This document shows positions 20,341 through 29,827 of a stretch of DNA of 64,000 nucleotides, in pieces. The stretch is from an uncultured Planctomycetota bacterium (GTDB taxonomy: Bacteria > Planctomycetota > Planctomycetia > Isosphaerales > Isosphaeraceae): the NCBI GenBank assembly GCA_963737655.1, contig CAVTTN010000002.1:4352001-4416000 (forward strand), given 5' to 3'. Each line of letters begins with the position of its first letter. The stretch's first letter is position 1. Made by a program: the position numbers and the translations under genes. The notes beneath the pieces were generated by a model. The model saw only the letters and a program-made list of their open reading frames with translations, had not been told where the DNA came from and did no database searches.

Positions 20341-22128
20341 TCAGCGAGCGGCCGAGGGGGCGGCCTTCGGCCGATCGGCCGCCGATGCGTCCCCGAGCCC
20401 GGCCCGGACGATCGCCAGGTCGGCCGGGCCGACCGTCCCGTCGCCGTCCAGGTCGCCCTGCTCCCTCCAGAGGCCGGCCCGGCCGAGGTGGTCGCGGACG
20501 ATCCGCTCATCGGCCGGAGTGACCCGGCCGTCCAGGTCCACGTCTCCGGGCGGGAGCATCCTTCGGAGAGTCGCGTCCCATTTCACGCTCCCCGGCAGGC
20601 CCGGGCCCTCCAGGAGTCCCCAGAAACCGGACTTCCCGTAGGACGAATAGAGCGTAAAGAACGCGAACAACCGGCCGTCTTCCGCCCTCCAGACGTCGTC
20701 CATCCGCTTCATGAGGATCGCCATCCGCCGGTCGGCCTGGGCGGCCCGCTTGATCTCCAGGTTCGCGTCGGCCCTCGCCGCGGGACTCCAGCCGACCAGG
20801 TGCTGGCCTCCCTCGTACGCCAGCATCGGCAAGCCGAACCGCTTCGCCAGCGAGTGATGGACGGTGATCCATCCCGAGAGTTTTTTATCGAGGAATTCGT
20901 TCATCCGGGCGAACAGCGCGTCGAGAGACATCCCCGGAACGTCCTCCTCGCCGTCGATGGCGAGATACGGCGCGATCGCGATCCCGGCGAGGACGTCGCG
21001 GACGTCGCCCGATTGCTTCTCCAGGAGTTCCAGGCCGGTCCGGAGGAAATAGGGGTTGGCCGACTGGCCGCAGAGGATCGGCAGGACTCGTTTCGCCTCG
21101 CCGCCGAACTCGCGGCGGAAGATCGCGGAGACCTCGGCGAGCCTCCTGGCCGACCACTGGCCGGCCCTCCCGAAATCGTCCGATCGGGTGAGGCTGGGGT
21201 CTCGCTTCGCGGCCCCGACGACGCGCTTCGCCTGGGGAAACGTGTGGTTCCAGAGTTCGTTGCCCAGTTCCAGATAGAGGCGACGACGGGGGTCGAGCCG
21301 ATCGCGGACGAGCGTCGCGAGCTTCTGGGCGAAGTCGTCGGAGGCGGTGTCGGGGACGTTCAGCCAGAGGTCCACCCCGGCCTCGTTCGCCAGCGCGATC
21401 ACCTCTTCATAGGCGACTCCGCCCGGGCCGGTGGCGAGGAAATCGTCGGGCCCGACCCGTTCGGACCACTCGACCGGGCCGCTCGTGTTCACGCCGGTCC
21501 AGCACATCGCGCGGACGGCCCGGAACGGCCGGATTCGGCGGAGGAAGGCGGGGTCGAAGACGCTCGACGGCGAGCTTGAGGCCCCGGGACGGAGAAGCTG
21601 AAGCCGACGGATGGGGTCGTTCGGGTCGAGGTCCGAGACGGTCATCGTCAGGAGGTCGCCCCGGTCGTGGCGGATCAGGACTTCGCCCGAGCTCTCGCCT
21701 CCCGAGGCGCGGATCGGCCCGATCAGCCGGCCCATCCCGCCGAACCGGACCGTTCCCCGGCCCCGGAATCTCAGCGAATACACGCCATCGGGATAGCCCT
21801 TGAGATAGGAGAGCGCGCCGGCCGGTTCGAGCGGGTAGCCCTCGGGCGAGAGTTTGAGCGAGGGGTTCGGCTCCCACGGCCTGTCGGGCCGTCCCCAGGC
21901 GCGGAAGGCGTGGCGGGCGTCGATCCAGGCGGCGTCGGTGGACCAGTCGGTATTGCCCGAGACATTGATCGCATACGAGCCCGGGCCGGCCGCGTCGGAG
22001 ACGATCGGAGGCGGAGTGGATCGGTCCGACGACGAGGCCGAAGGGTCGTCGTGGCCCCGAGCCGCCAGCGCGAGCAGGGCGGCGGCCATCGCCCCGAGGG
22101 CGATTCGTCGTGTGGTCGAGATCGACAT
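20341..22128 (-). CDS. Secreted putative glycoside hydrolase (clan-A-like) with C-terminal dockerin-like domain
   Basis: Signal peptide, WLNVP, YLELGNELWN, AYEGGQH and a C-terminal GDVDLDGRV...GDLDGDGTV repeat pair. Confidence 0.7.
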   Translation of the reverse strand: MSISTTRRIALGAMAAALLALAARGHDDPSASSSDRSTPPPIVSDAAGPGSYAINVSGNTDWSTDAAWIDARHAFRAWGRPDRPWEPNPSLKLSPEGYPLEPAGALSYLKGYPDGVYSLRFRGRGTVRFGGMGRLIGPIRASGGESSGEVLIRHDRGDLLTMTVSDLDPNDPIRRLQLLRPGASSSPSSVFDPAFLRRIRPFRAVRAMCWTGVNTSGPVEWSERVGPDDFLATGPGGVAYEEVIALANEAGVDLWLNVPDTASDDFAQKLATLVRDRLDPRRRLYLELGNELWNHTFPQAKRVVGAAKRDPSLTRSDDFGRAGQWSARRLAEVSAIFRREFGGEAKRVLPILCGQSANPYFLRTGLELLEKQSGDVRDVLAGIAIAPYLAIDGEEDVPGMSLDALFARMNEFLDKKLSGWITVHHSLAKRFGLPMLAYEGGQHLVGWSPAARADANLEIKRAAQADRRMAILMKRMDDVWRAEDGRLFAFFTLYSSYGKSGFWGLLEGPGLPGSVKWDATLRRMLPPGDVDLDGRVTPADERIVRDHLGRAGLWREQGDLDGDGTVGPADLAIVRAGLGDASAADRPKAAPSAAR

Positions 22129-22258
22129 CGGCCGGGTCCTCGGGCGGAGTCCTGGAGATCGAGCAGACAAGGGCGTGCTGGAGCCGTCAGAGCGTTTTTT
22201 CCGCGCTATTGCAGATCGGCACCATTCCTGGCGAGGCTCCGCCAACCCGGACATTGCC

Positions 22259-23710
22259 CTAACCCCGGATCGAGAGGCATCGTGCGAGATAGCGACCGAG
22301 GAGGGCGAGGTCTCGTCGGGTCCCGGCGAGGGCCGCGTAGGCGGCTTCGGCCATGTCGCGTTCGTCCTCGGGGGCGTCGCGATCCAGGGCGACCATCGCC
22401 TCGGTGATCAGCCCGGCCGGTCGGCACGGAGGGACCTGTCGGCCGATCCTGGTCCGGTCGAGCAGTTCCACGGCCGTCCTCGGTTCCAGGCCGACCAGGG
22501 CGACTCGGCCGAGGACGACGTCGATCAACCCGGGGAGCACCCGCAAGGCCAGGTCGCGGAGGCCCGGCGTCCCTCGCGGATCGGCCCCTCGGAAATGACG
22601 AAGGCAAATGACCCGCCATCGGGTCGGCCTGGTCGATTGGGGCATGAGGACGATTTGTCGGACGACGATCGCCGGGCCTCGGAGCCGGAGCCAGGCGTAC
22701 ACGGCGAGGAGGATTGGCGCCAGGGCGACGAGGGCCGCCGCCGAGGCGAGCCGGAGGAAGGCCGTGGCGATCGGTCCGGGCGAGTGGGTGCCCCCCAGTC
22801 GGTCCATCAGCGTCGGATCTTCGATCGCCAGCGATCGGTCGTGGCGGGCGGAGGTGACCCGGGGTCCCTCGATCAGGGCCTCGCGGATCTCCAGGCCCCG
22901 GCCGATGTAGACGCCGGGGAACACGGCGGTCCAGGACAGCTCGCTCCCCGAGTCGATCAACGAGCCGGCGCCGACGGCCACGTTCGGGCCGATCCGGGCC
23001 TCGGCGCCGATCCGGCAGTCCTCGGAGATCGCCACCGGGGGGATCAATCGAGCGGAGGGGTGGAGGCTCACGTTCCGGCCGATCCGGACCCCGGGCTCGG
23101 CCTCGATCCCGCCGAGCATCAGGGCCGGGAACCGGCCGGAGAGCAGGGCCTTCTGGGCCGAGAGCAATCCCGAGGCCGTCCGAACGTCCAGGACGTGATG
23201 GGCGGGAACGCCCCGGACGGCCAGGCCGCCCCGGATCAGATGTTCGGCCAGGTCGTCCTCGTCGGCGCCGTCGGGGAGGCCGAGCAGCGAGGCGGGATCG
23301 ACCCGGGCCCAGCCGGTCCATCGGCCGTCGGCGAACAGCGCTTCGGGGCCGGCTCCCGCCGCGGGGTCTCGGCCGGTTGGGTCGAGCAGGCGATCGGCGT
23401 GGACGAGGAGGGCGGGGCCATCGTCGGGCATCGCCCTCCTCAAGACGTCGTACGGCCGGGCGGGGTCGCGGGCCAGGTGGTATCGGATCGACACGCCCCA
23501 GCGGCGGCCGTCGCCCAGGGCCTCCTCGGCCAGCTCGGGGCGGTCGCCCAGGACGATTTCCAGGCGACGGAAGCCCCGACTGGCCAGGAGCTCCACGAGG
23601 TGCTGGAGGACCGGCCGATCGACCAGGGGGAGCATCGGCGAGGCCCGGGACCCGGCGACCCCGGCCGACGTCTCCCCCTGGCCCCCGGTGGCAATCACGA
23701 TCGCTCTCAT
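22259..23710 (-). CDS. Fusion protein: degenerate nucleotidyltransferase + hexapeptide repeats + degenerate sugar-transferase domain
   Basis: MRAIVIATG..SPMLPLVDRPVLQH, IGRNVSL..IGAEARIGPNV, and C-terminal LPGLIDVVLG..ALVG..PAGL. Confidence 0.7.
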   Translation of the reverse strand: MRAIVIATGGQGETSAGVAGSRASPMLPLVDRPVLQHLVELLASRGFRRLEIVLGDRPELAEEALGDGRRWGVSIRYHLARDPARPYDVLRRAMPDDGPALLVHADRLLDPTGRDPAAGAGPEALFADGRWTGWARVDPASLLGLPDGADEDDLAEHLIRGGLAVRGVPAHHVLDVRTASGLLSAQKALLSGRFPALMLGGIEAEPGVRIGRNVSLHPSARLIPPVAISEDCRIGAEARIGPNVAVGAGSLIDSGSELSWTAVFPGVYIGRGLEIREALIEGPRVTSARHDRSLAIEDPTLMDRLGGTHSPGPIATAFLRLASAAALVALAPILLAVYAWLRLRGPAIVVRQIVLMPQSTRPTRWRVICLRHFRGADPRGTPGLRDLALRVLPGLIDVVLGRVALVGLEPRTAVELLDRTRIGRQVPPCRPAGLITEAMVALDRDAPEDERDMAEAAYAALAGTRRDLALLGRYLARCLSIRG

Positions 23711-23768
23711 CGTCGGCCCTCGCTTCATCGGGAAGGTCGGTCGCCTCTCCGCGTCGGGAGGCCCGGGT

Positions 23769-24530
23769 TCAATACGCGCCCGGCCGGTCAAGACGGCCGG
23801 AACGGTCCTCGCCAGGAGGGCGAGGTCGAGCCTCAGGCTCCTCCGACAAATGTAATCGACGTCGAGCCTCCACCTGCCTGTCGAAGGGCAGGTCGCCCCG
23901 GCCGCTGACCTGCCACAGGCAGGTCAGGCCCGGCTTGGCCTCCAGCCTCAGGCGGTCGCGGAGCGAGTAGAGCGCGACCTCCCGAGGGACCGGAGGCCGG
24001 GGGCCGACCAGGGACATCTCGCCCCGGAACACGCACCAGAGCTGGGGCAGCTCGTCGATGCTCAGCTTGCGGATCAGGCGGCCGATCGGGGTGATCCTCG
24101 GGTCTCTCTTCATCTTGAACGTGACGGAGGCGCCGTGGTCGTTGCTGGCCAGGAGCTGATCCTTCAGGCGGTCGGCATCGACGACCATCGATCGGAACTT
24201 GGGGCAGGAAAAGGTGCGTCCCCAGCGCCCGACGCGGGTCTGCCAGAAGAGGACGGGGCCGCCGTCCTGGAGCTTGATGATCAGGGCGACGACGGCGAAG
24301 AGCGGGGCCAGGGCGATCAGCGCCGAGGCCGAGACGACCACGTCGAGGAGCCTCTTGCCGGCCTCGGCCGCGACGACCGCCAGCCTCCAGGAGGCTCGGG
24401 CGAGCGAGGCGCGGGCCGATCTCGCGAGAGAGGCCGGGGCGGAGCCATCGCCCAGGTGGCGAAAGGCCTCGCCGAAGGGGTCGGTGCGGCCGTCGGCGTC
24501 GAACGGTCGGTCGATCCGTGAGGCATTCAT
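23769..24530 (-). CDS. Priming sugar transferase (Bac_transf / WcaJ-type); compensating indels near 23867 and 23780
   Basis: KRLLD, KFRSM, DPRIT, SIDELPQL, MSLVGPRP and KPGLTCLWQVSGR. The expected LDVDYI..SL.LDL tail lies in a shifted frame. Confidence 0.92.
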   Translation of the reverse strand: MNASRIDRPFDADGRTDPFGEAFRHLGDGSAPASLARSARASLARASWRLAVVAAEAGKRLLDVVVSASALIALAPLFAVVALIIKLQDGGPVLFWQTRVGRWGRTFSCPKFRSMVVDADRLKDQLLASNDHGASVTFKMKRDPRITPIGRLIRKLSIDELPQLWCVFRGEMSLVGPRPPVPREVALYSLRDRLRLEAKPGLTCLWQVSGRGDLPFDRQVEARRRLHLSEEPEARPRPPGEDRSGRLDRPGAY

Positions 24531-24919
24531 CGGGCTGGAGTCTCCAGGGCGTTTCGGAGGCCCCGGCCGCGGTGGGCACCGCAAGCCTTCAGGGCCTCGT
24601 CCAGGTCGTTGCAGAGGGTCATGACCTTGTGCATCTTGACGATCTCGAACAGGATTCGGACCTCGGGCGAGTTGACGCTGAGCAACATCGAGCCGGGGCC
24701 GTCGCCCGAGGGATGCAGATGGCGGAAGCAGGCGAGGATCGCGCCGCACCCCGTGCTATCGACGAACGTGATCTCCGAGAGGTCGAGGATCACGTGGGCC
24801 TCGGACGGGAGGGCCTCGGCGAATTCGCGGCGGAAGCGGCGGGCCGTCATCCCGTCGAGCGAGGGCCCCGGGGGGCGGACGACCGTCAGGCCGCCGATCG
24901 TTTCGAGATGGAGCGTCAT
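24527..24919 (-). CDS. STAS-domain anti-sigma factor antagonist
   Basis: VILDLSEITFVDSTGCG with the conserved phospho-Ser position; V..LFEIVKM. Confidence 0.85.
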   Translation of the reverse strand: MTLHLETIGGLTVVRPPGPSLDGMTARRFRREFAEALPSEAHVILDLSEITFVDSTGCGAILACFRHLHPSGDGPGSMLLSVNSPEVRILFEIVKMHKVMTLCNDLDEALKACGAHRGRGLRNALETPAR

Positions 24920-25019
24920 GGCGATCGCCTCGAAGGTTCCTGAAGGTTGGGGGGGACCGGGCGGCTCCAGGTCGGGGCCGCCCGTCACCGGGAGCATAGC
25001 TCGATTCCGGGAGACACGC

Positions 25020-27274
25020 TCAGGCCAAGGCCGCTTCCAGTTGGCGGACCGGGGCTTCGGGATCAATCGGCCCCGAGTCGGCCAGGACGGCGCCCAGGAC
25101 CGGGGCCCCGATCGCCCCGAGCTGGCGGAGCTTGGCCGGCTCGACGATGACCAGGCCCGAGCGGTCGTCGGCGTGGAAGACGATCCCTCCGGCGTGGGAG
25201 GCGAGGATTTCCAGCTCGACCTGGTGGTCGGCCCTCGGCCCGATGGCCAGGATCAGCGAATACTTGGCGCGGACGGTCACGAGCATCTCGGTCATCCGGT
25301 GGGTGGCCAGCAGCTCGGTCCCCTCCAGGGTCCCTCCGGCGGGCAGGTAATCGACGCCCACGACCGAGGACGGGGCGATGAAGTCCTCGGGGTCGTCGGC
25401 CTCGAAGGCCAGGAACGCCTTGAGGCCCCCGGGGTGGGCGGCGTCGTCCCCGGGGAGGAACCAGGGGGCGCGGAGGGCCTGCCAGGCCGCCCCGTCCGCC
25501 TCGTGGCCGGCGGCGTCGAGGATCAGGACGCGCTCATCTCTCCGGGCGAAGCACCTCGCCAGCGACGCCGCGAGCTCGGCCGAGCCGCCGGCCACGTTCA
25601 TCGAGCTGAACAGGACGAGGCTGCCGGGGTCGGGCACCGCCTGGCGGAGCCTCAAGGCCAGCAGCCGGACCGCCGGCTCGTCGAGGAAGTCCGGCCGGGC
25701 GATCGCCGTCAGGGGCAGCCCTCGGGAGGCCGGCAGCCGGGAGAGGACCGGCAGGGCAAGACGGCCGACGACCTCCACCTTGTCCACCCGGGGCCTCAGC
25801 ACCAGGTCATTGAACGCCAGGAAGCCCAGGGTCAGGAGCATCCCGACCGAGGAGACGGCCAGGACCAGCAGCTTCTTGTTCGAGGTCGCGGGGTACGGCG
25901 AGGGCTCGGCCGGCGTCACGATCGAGAACTCGAAGGTCTTGATCGCCTGGAGCTTCTTCATCGCCATGAAGTCGGCCGCGGCGGCGTGCCGCTCGGACTC
26001 GCACGCATCGACGGCGCGGATCAGGCTCCGGTGCTGCTGCTGGAGGCCCATCATCCGGCCCACTTCCGCCTTCTTCGCCGCCAGGGCCGCGCCGATCTGC
26101 TCGATCCCCTTCTGATTGGCCGTCCGGAGCAGCTCCAGCTCCAGCTTCTTGAAGACGATCTGCTCGATGGCCGTCGATCCCTGGTTCTTCACCGCGGGCT
26201 TGGGGACGATCACCTTGTCGATCTTGGTCAACTCCTCCTTGTAGGTGGTGATCTTCTCGGTCTCCTTGACCTGGGCCTCCAGGACGCCGACCTCGGCCTT
26301 GACCGTCTGGACCTGGGTCTTGGTCGCGAACCCTCGGCTGGCGAGCTCGGTGACCCGGACCATCTCGGCCTTCTTGGCTTCGAGCTTGGCGGCGATCTGC
26401 ATCTTGAGGCGTTCGTCGGCGATCAGCTCGCGGAGCCGGTCCTGGCGCCTGCGGTTGTCGGACACGGTCTCCTCGGCCGCGTCGGCCTTCCTCATGTCCT
26501 CGTCGCGGATGCGGTCCTGGGTCTTGATCTCGGCGATATGCCCGGTGATGGCGACGATCTGGGCCTGGAGGTTGCTGCCCTCGCGGCGGGTTCGTTCCAG
26601 CTCGAACTCCAGGTCCTGGATCGCGGAGTTGGTCCGGGCGATGTCGGAGTCCACGTCGCCGATGTGCTCCCGGCGCAGAACTCGGTGAAGGCGCGGTGGG
26701 CCTCCTGGAGCCGGTTCTGGCAGCTCTTGAGGTGCTCCTCGAAGTCGTTGACGTAGCCATTGATCTTCGAACGGCGGACCTCGGCGACCTGTTGACGGAA
26801 CAGCTCCATCAGCCGGTTCACCATGTCCGCGCCCTCGCTCGCCCGGGCCCACTGGAGCTCGAAATCGACGGTCTTCGTGCCCGACGGGACGCTGACCTTG
26901 TAGCTCTTCTCCAGCAGCTCGATCGGCACGGCCAGCTTGAACTCTCGGCGGATCGTGTCGAGGTTCGCCGGGGACTTCACCAGGGTCACGAGCGTCTTGA
27001 GGTCGGGCGGGACGTACAGGGAACCCTGGGTGTCGGGTCCGGTCAGGGGCGTGTAGAGGAGCGTCCCGCGAGACTCCCACGCCTTGGAGCCGAAGGCGAC
27101 GGCCAGGACCACGGATATGGACAGGCTCACCAACGCACCTACCCCCAGGGCCCACGGGTGGCGGACGGCCACGGCGGTTGCCACGTCGAGGCACTGGCGG
27201 AGCCGGCCTTCGGGGCGAGCCGCCGCGACGAAGGCCGTCGGCGACGCGATCCGGGCCATCGAATTAGTCTCCAT
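25020..27274 (-). CDS. Polysaccharide chain-length determinant (GumC/Wzc-like); frameshift near 26672
   Basis: N-terminal TM, long coiled coil, P..P..P before a second TM, LALPVL, and a C-terminal kinase-like domain without GxGKT. Confidence 0.8.
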
Positions 27275-27674
27275 GAGGCGATTCCCTCTCGTCAGGTCCG
27301 GGGGCGGGGGAGTCATCGATCGGGGAAGGGACCGCGCGGCGGCCCGGGCGGACCTCGGCCCTCGCGGCCTCGACCGAGGGGAACCGGGGCGGCAAACGAT
27401 GCGAGGGAATCCGGGCGAAATACCAGTCCAGACGGGGCGAGCCCGCCGCCACCGCGAGCCGGCCGATCCCGGCCTCCTCGTTCAATCGGCAGACGACGCC
27501 CAGGCCGCTCGAATCGGCGAAATCCACGGTCGCCAGGTCCAGGACCACGGCCATCCCTCGACCCAGCCAGCCCGTGACTTCCCGGCGCAGCTCCCTCGCC
27601 GCGGCGGCGTCGAGGTTGCCGCCCCGGACCGTCGCCACCACCACCCCGCCGTCTTCTCGTGTCTGCAGGAACAT
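27264..27674 (-). CDS. STAS-domain anti-sigma factor antagonist
   Basis: GNLDA..A, VVLDLATVDFADSSGLG and FPSVEAA. Confidence 0.8.
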   Translation of the reverse strand: MFLQTREDGGVVVATVRGGNLDAAAARELRREVTGWLGRGMAVVLDLATVDFADSSGLGVVCRLNEEAGIGRLAVAAGSPRLDWYFARIPSHRLPPRFPSVEAARAEVRPGRRAVPSPIDDSPAPGPDERESPHGD

Positions 27675-27737
27675 GATCGGCTCGATCTCCCAGGGGCTCC
27701 TCGGTACGATCGGGAAGGCAGGGACCTCGGGGCCCGT

Positions 27738-28571
27738 TCAGGGCGAGCCCGAGGCGGTGGTCCGGCCCGGTCCGATCAGGGCATGGGCCAGGAACACCGC
27801 GTTTTTCAGGTAGCGGCCCGCCAGCCTCCGGGGCTCCAGGGCCAGGCGGAACGCCCATTCCAGGCCCGACCGGCGAAGCCAGGACGGGGCCCGGCGGACC
27901 CGGCCGGCGGCGAAGTCCAGGGCCGCGCCCATCTGCACGTTCACCGCCGCCCCGGTCTCCCGGTGGTGGGCCGCGATCCACCGCTCGCCCCGGGGCTGGC
28001 TGAACGCCGCGATCAGGAGGTCGGGCCGGGTCGAGCGGACCCGGGCCAGGAGGGCCTGTTCGTCCTCCTCGGCCATCGGACCGAACGGCGGAGACTCCAC
28101 CCCCACGACCCTCAGCCCGGGATAGCGCTCCGAGAGCCGGGCCGCCGCCGCCTCGGCCACTCCGGGCGCTCCCCCGAGGAAGAACACGCCGAAGCCCCGA
28201 CGCGCCGCCATCTCGCAGAGGGCGAAGATCAGGTCCGAGCCGGCCACCCTCTCCGGCAACGCCTTCCCCGACAGCCGGGACGCCCAGACCATCGGCATCC
28301 CATCGACCAGGGACAGCGCCGCCCCCTCGTTGACCTCGCGGAGGTCCGGGTTCTCCCGGCTCAGCATCGCGTAATTCAGGTTGGCCGAGATCAGGTACGA
28401 CGGCCTTCCGGCCTCGACCAGCCCCTCCACCCGGGCGATCGCCTCGGCCGTGGTGACGGGCGAGAGCGGGACGCCCCAGACCCACGACGGCTCGACGACC
28501 GGGCCGGGCCCTGTCGCGGGCCCTCCGTTCTCGATCTCTTCAGGCCGCACGGCCCCCTCGTCACGGATCAT
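27738..28571 (-). CDS. WecB/TagA/CpsF family glycosyltransferase
   Basis: DGMPMVW, ERVAGSDL, FFLGG, PRGERW, GAALDF.AG..RAP and GLEWAFRL..EPRRL. Confidence 0.93.
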   Translation of the reverse strand: MIRDEGAVRPEEIENGGPATGPGPVVEPSWVWGVPLSPVTTAEAIARVEGLVEAGRPSYLISANLNYAMLSRENPDLREVNEGAALSLVDGMPMVWASRLSGKALPERVAGSDLIFALCEMAARRGFGVFFLGGAPGVAEAAAARLSERYPGLRVVGVESPPFGPMAEEDEQALLARVRSTRPDLLIAAFSQPRGERWIAAHHRETGAAVNVQMGAALDFAAGRVRRAPSWLRRSGLEWAFRLALEPRRLAGRYLKNAVFLAHALIGPGRTTASGSP

Positions 28572-28720
28572 CGTGACCTCCGCCCCGAGAACCCTCCAAG
28601 ATCTCCGGGGGTATCCTAGGATACGTTCGGGAGGTCGGGGCGACGGCCGAGGGCGATCTCGGGCGCCCCCACCGGGCGACGGGCGACGGCGCCGAGGGCC
28701 TCCCGGGCGGGGTTTTCGCG

Positions 28721-29618
28721 ATGATCTCGATCCTGATCGTGAGCTACAACACCCGCGAGCTCCTGGCCCAGTGCCTGGCGACGATCGCCGCGCACTCTCC
28801 CGGCGCGGAGGTCGTCGTGGTGGACAACGCCAGCCGGGACGGCTCGGCCGCGATGGTCCGCGAACGGTTCCCCGAGGCGGCCCTGGTCGAGACCGGGCAG
28901 AACCTCGGCTTCGCCGGCGCGAACAACGCCGGCCTCCGCCTCTGCCACGGCGAGTTCGTCGTGCTGTTGAATTCCGACACCGTCCTGGAAGACGACTCGC
29001 TCGACCTTTGCGCCCGGTGGATGGCCGAGAGGCCCGGGGTGGGCGCGGCGAGCCCCTCGGCTGATCGGCTTCGACGACCGGCCTCAGCGGTGCCTGTATC
29101 GCTTCCCCAGCCTCGGCGACGCCGCGAAGATCGCGCTTCGGCGCCCTCCCGCGCCGGAGCCCGAGCCGGGCGACCCGGGATGGCTCGCCGGGACGGCCCT
29201 GATGGTCCGCCGCGAGGCGCTGCTGGGAATCGGCGGATTCCTCGACGATCGCTTCTTCATGTACTGGGAAGACGCCGACCTCTCCGCCCGCCTCCGGGCC
29301 GCCGGCTGGCGCGTCGAGGAGTTCGCCGGTGGCCGCATCCGGCACCTGGGCGGGGCGAGCGGAGGCGGGGCGGACTCGGTCCGCCGGCTCGACCTCTACG
29401 CCTGGTACACCTGGGGGCGGCACCGCTGGTTCTCCAAGCACCGCCCGAGGTGGGAGGCGGCCTCGGCCCTGGTCCTGGACGCCCTGGAAGTCCCGAGGAA
29501 AGCCCTCCGCGCCCTGGCCCGGCCGGCCCGCCGCCACGAGTGGGGCCAGGCCCGGGCCCTGGCCCACGTCCTCTGGCTGAGGCTCCGGGGCCGGGAGCCG
29601 GCCCGGCCGATCGGCTAG
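28721..29618 (+). CDS. GT2 family glycosyltransferase; frameshift near 29055
   Basis: ISILIVSYN, VVDNASRDGS, NLGFAGANN, LLNSD, then in a shifted frame GFLDDRFFMYWEDADL and HLGGAS. Confidence 0.92.
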
Positions 29619-29645
29619 GGCGGTTCAGGATCGGGTTGCGAACCC

Positions 29646-29704
29646 GTAGGGCAGGCCTCGGCCTGCCGGCTTCGCGGGTCTCGGCAGGCCGAGGCCTGCC
29701 CTAC
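29646..29704. repeat. GTAG-type REP doublet, family A copy 1
   Basis: gtagggcaggcctcggcctgcc ... ggcaggccgaggcctgccctac; same unit at 35933 and 53383. Confidence 0.9.
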
Positions 29705-29827
29705 GGAGACCGGCGTGTGCAACCCGGTCGTGAGCCCGTCTAAAGCGAGGCTCGTCCACCTTGGCCGGCATCCCTTGCCTTCCAACGCCCCGTTCGTCGC
29801 CCTTTCCGCCAGGCCGAGGCCCCGACC

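Noticed and set aside
21854..26756. Long plus-strand ORFs (684 aa and 715 aa) opposite the EPS genes
   Set aside because: Antisense shadow frames typical of high-GC DNA; the minus strand carries the recognisable motifs.
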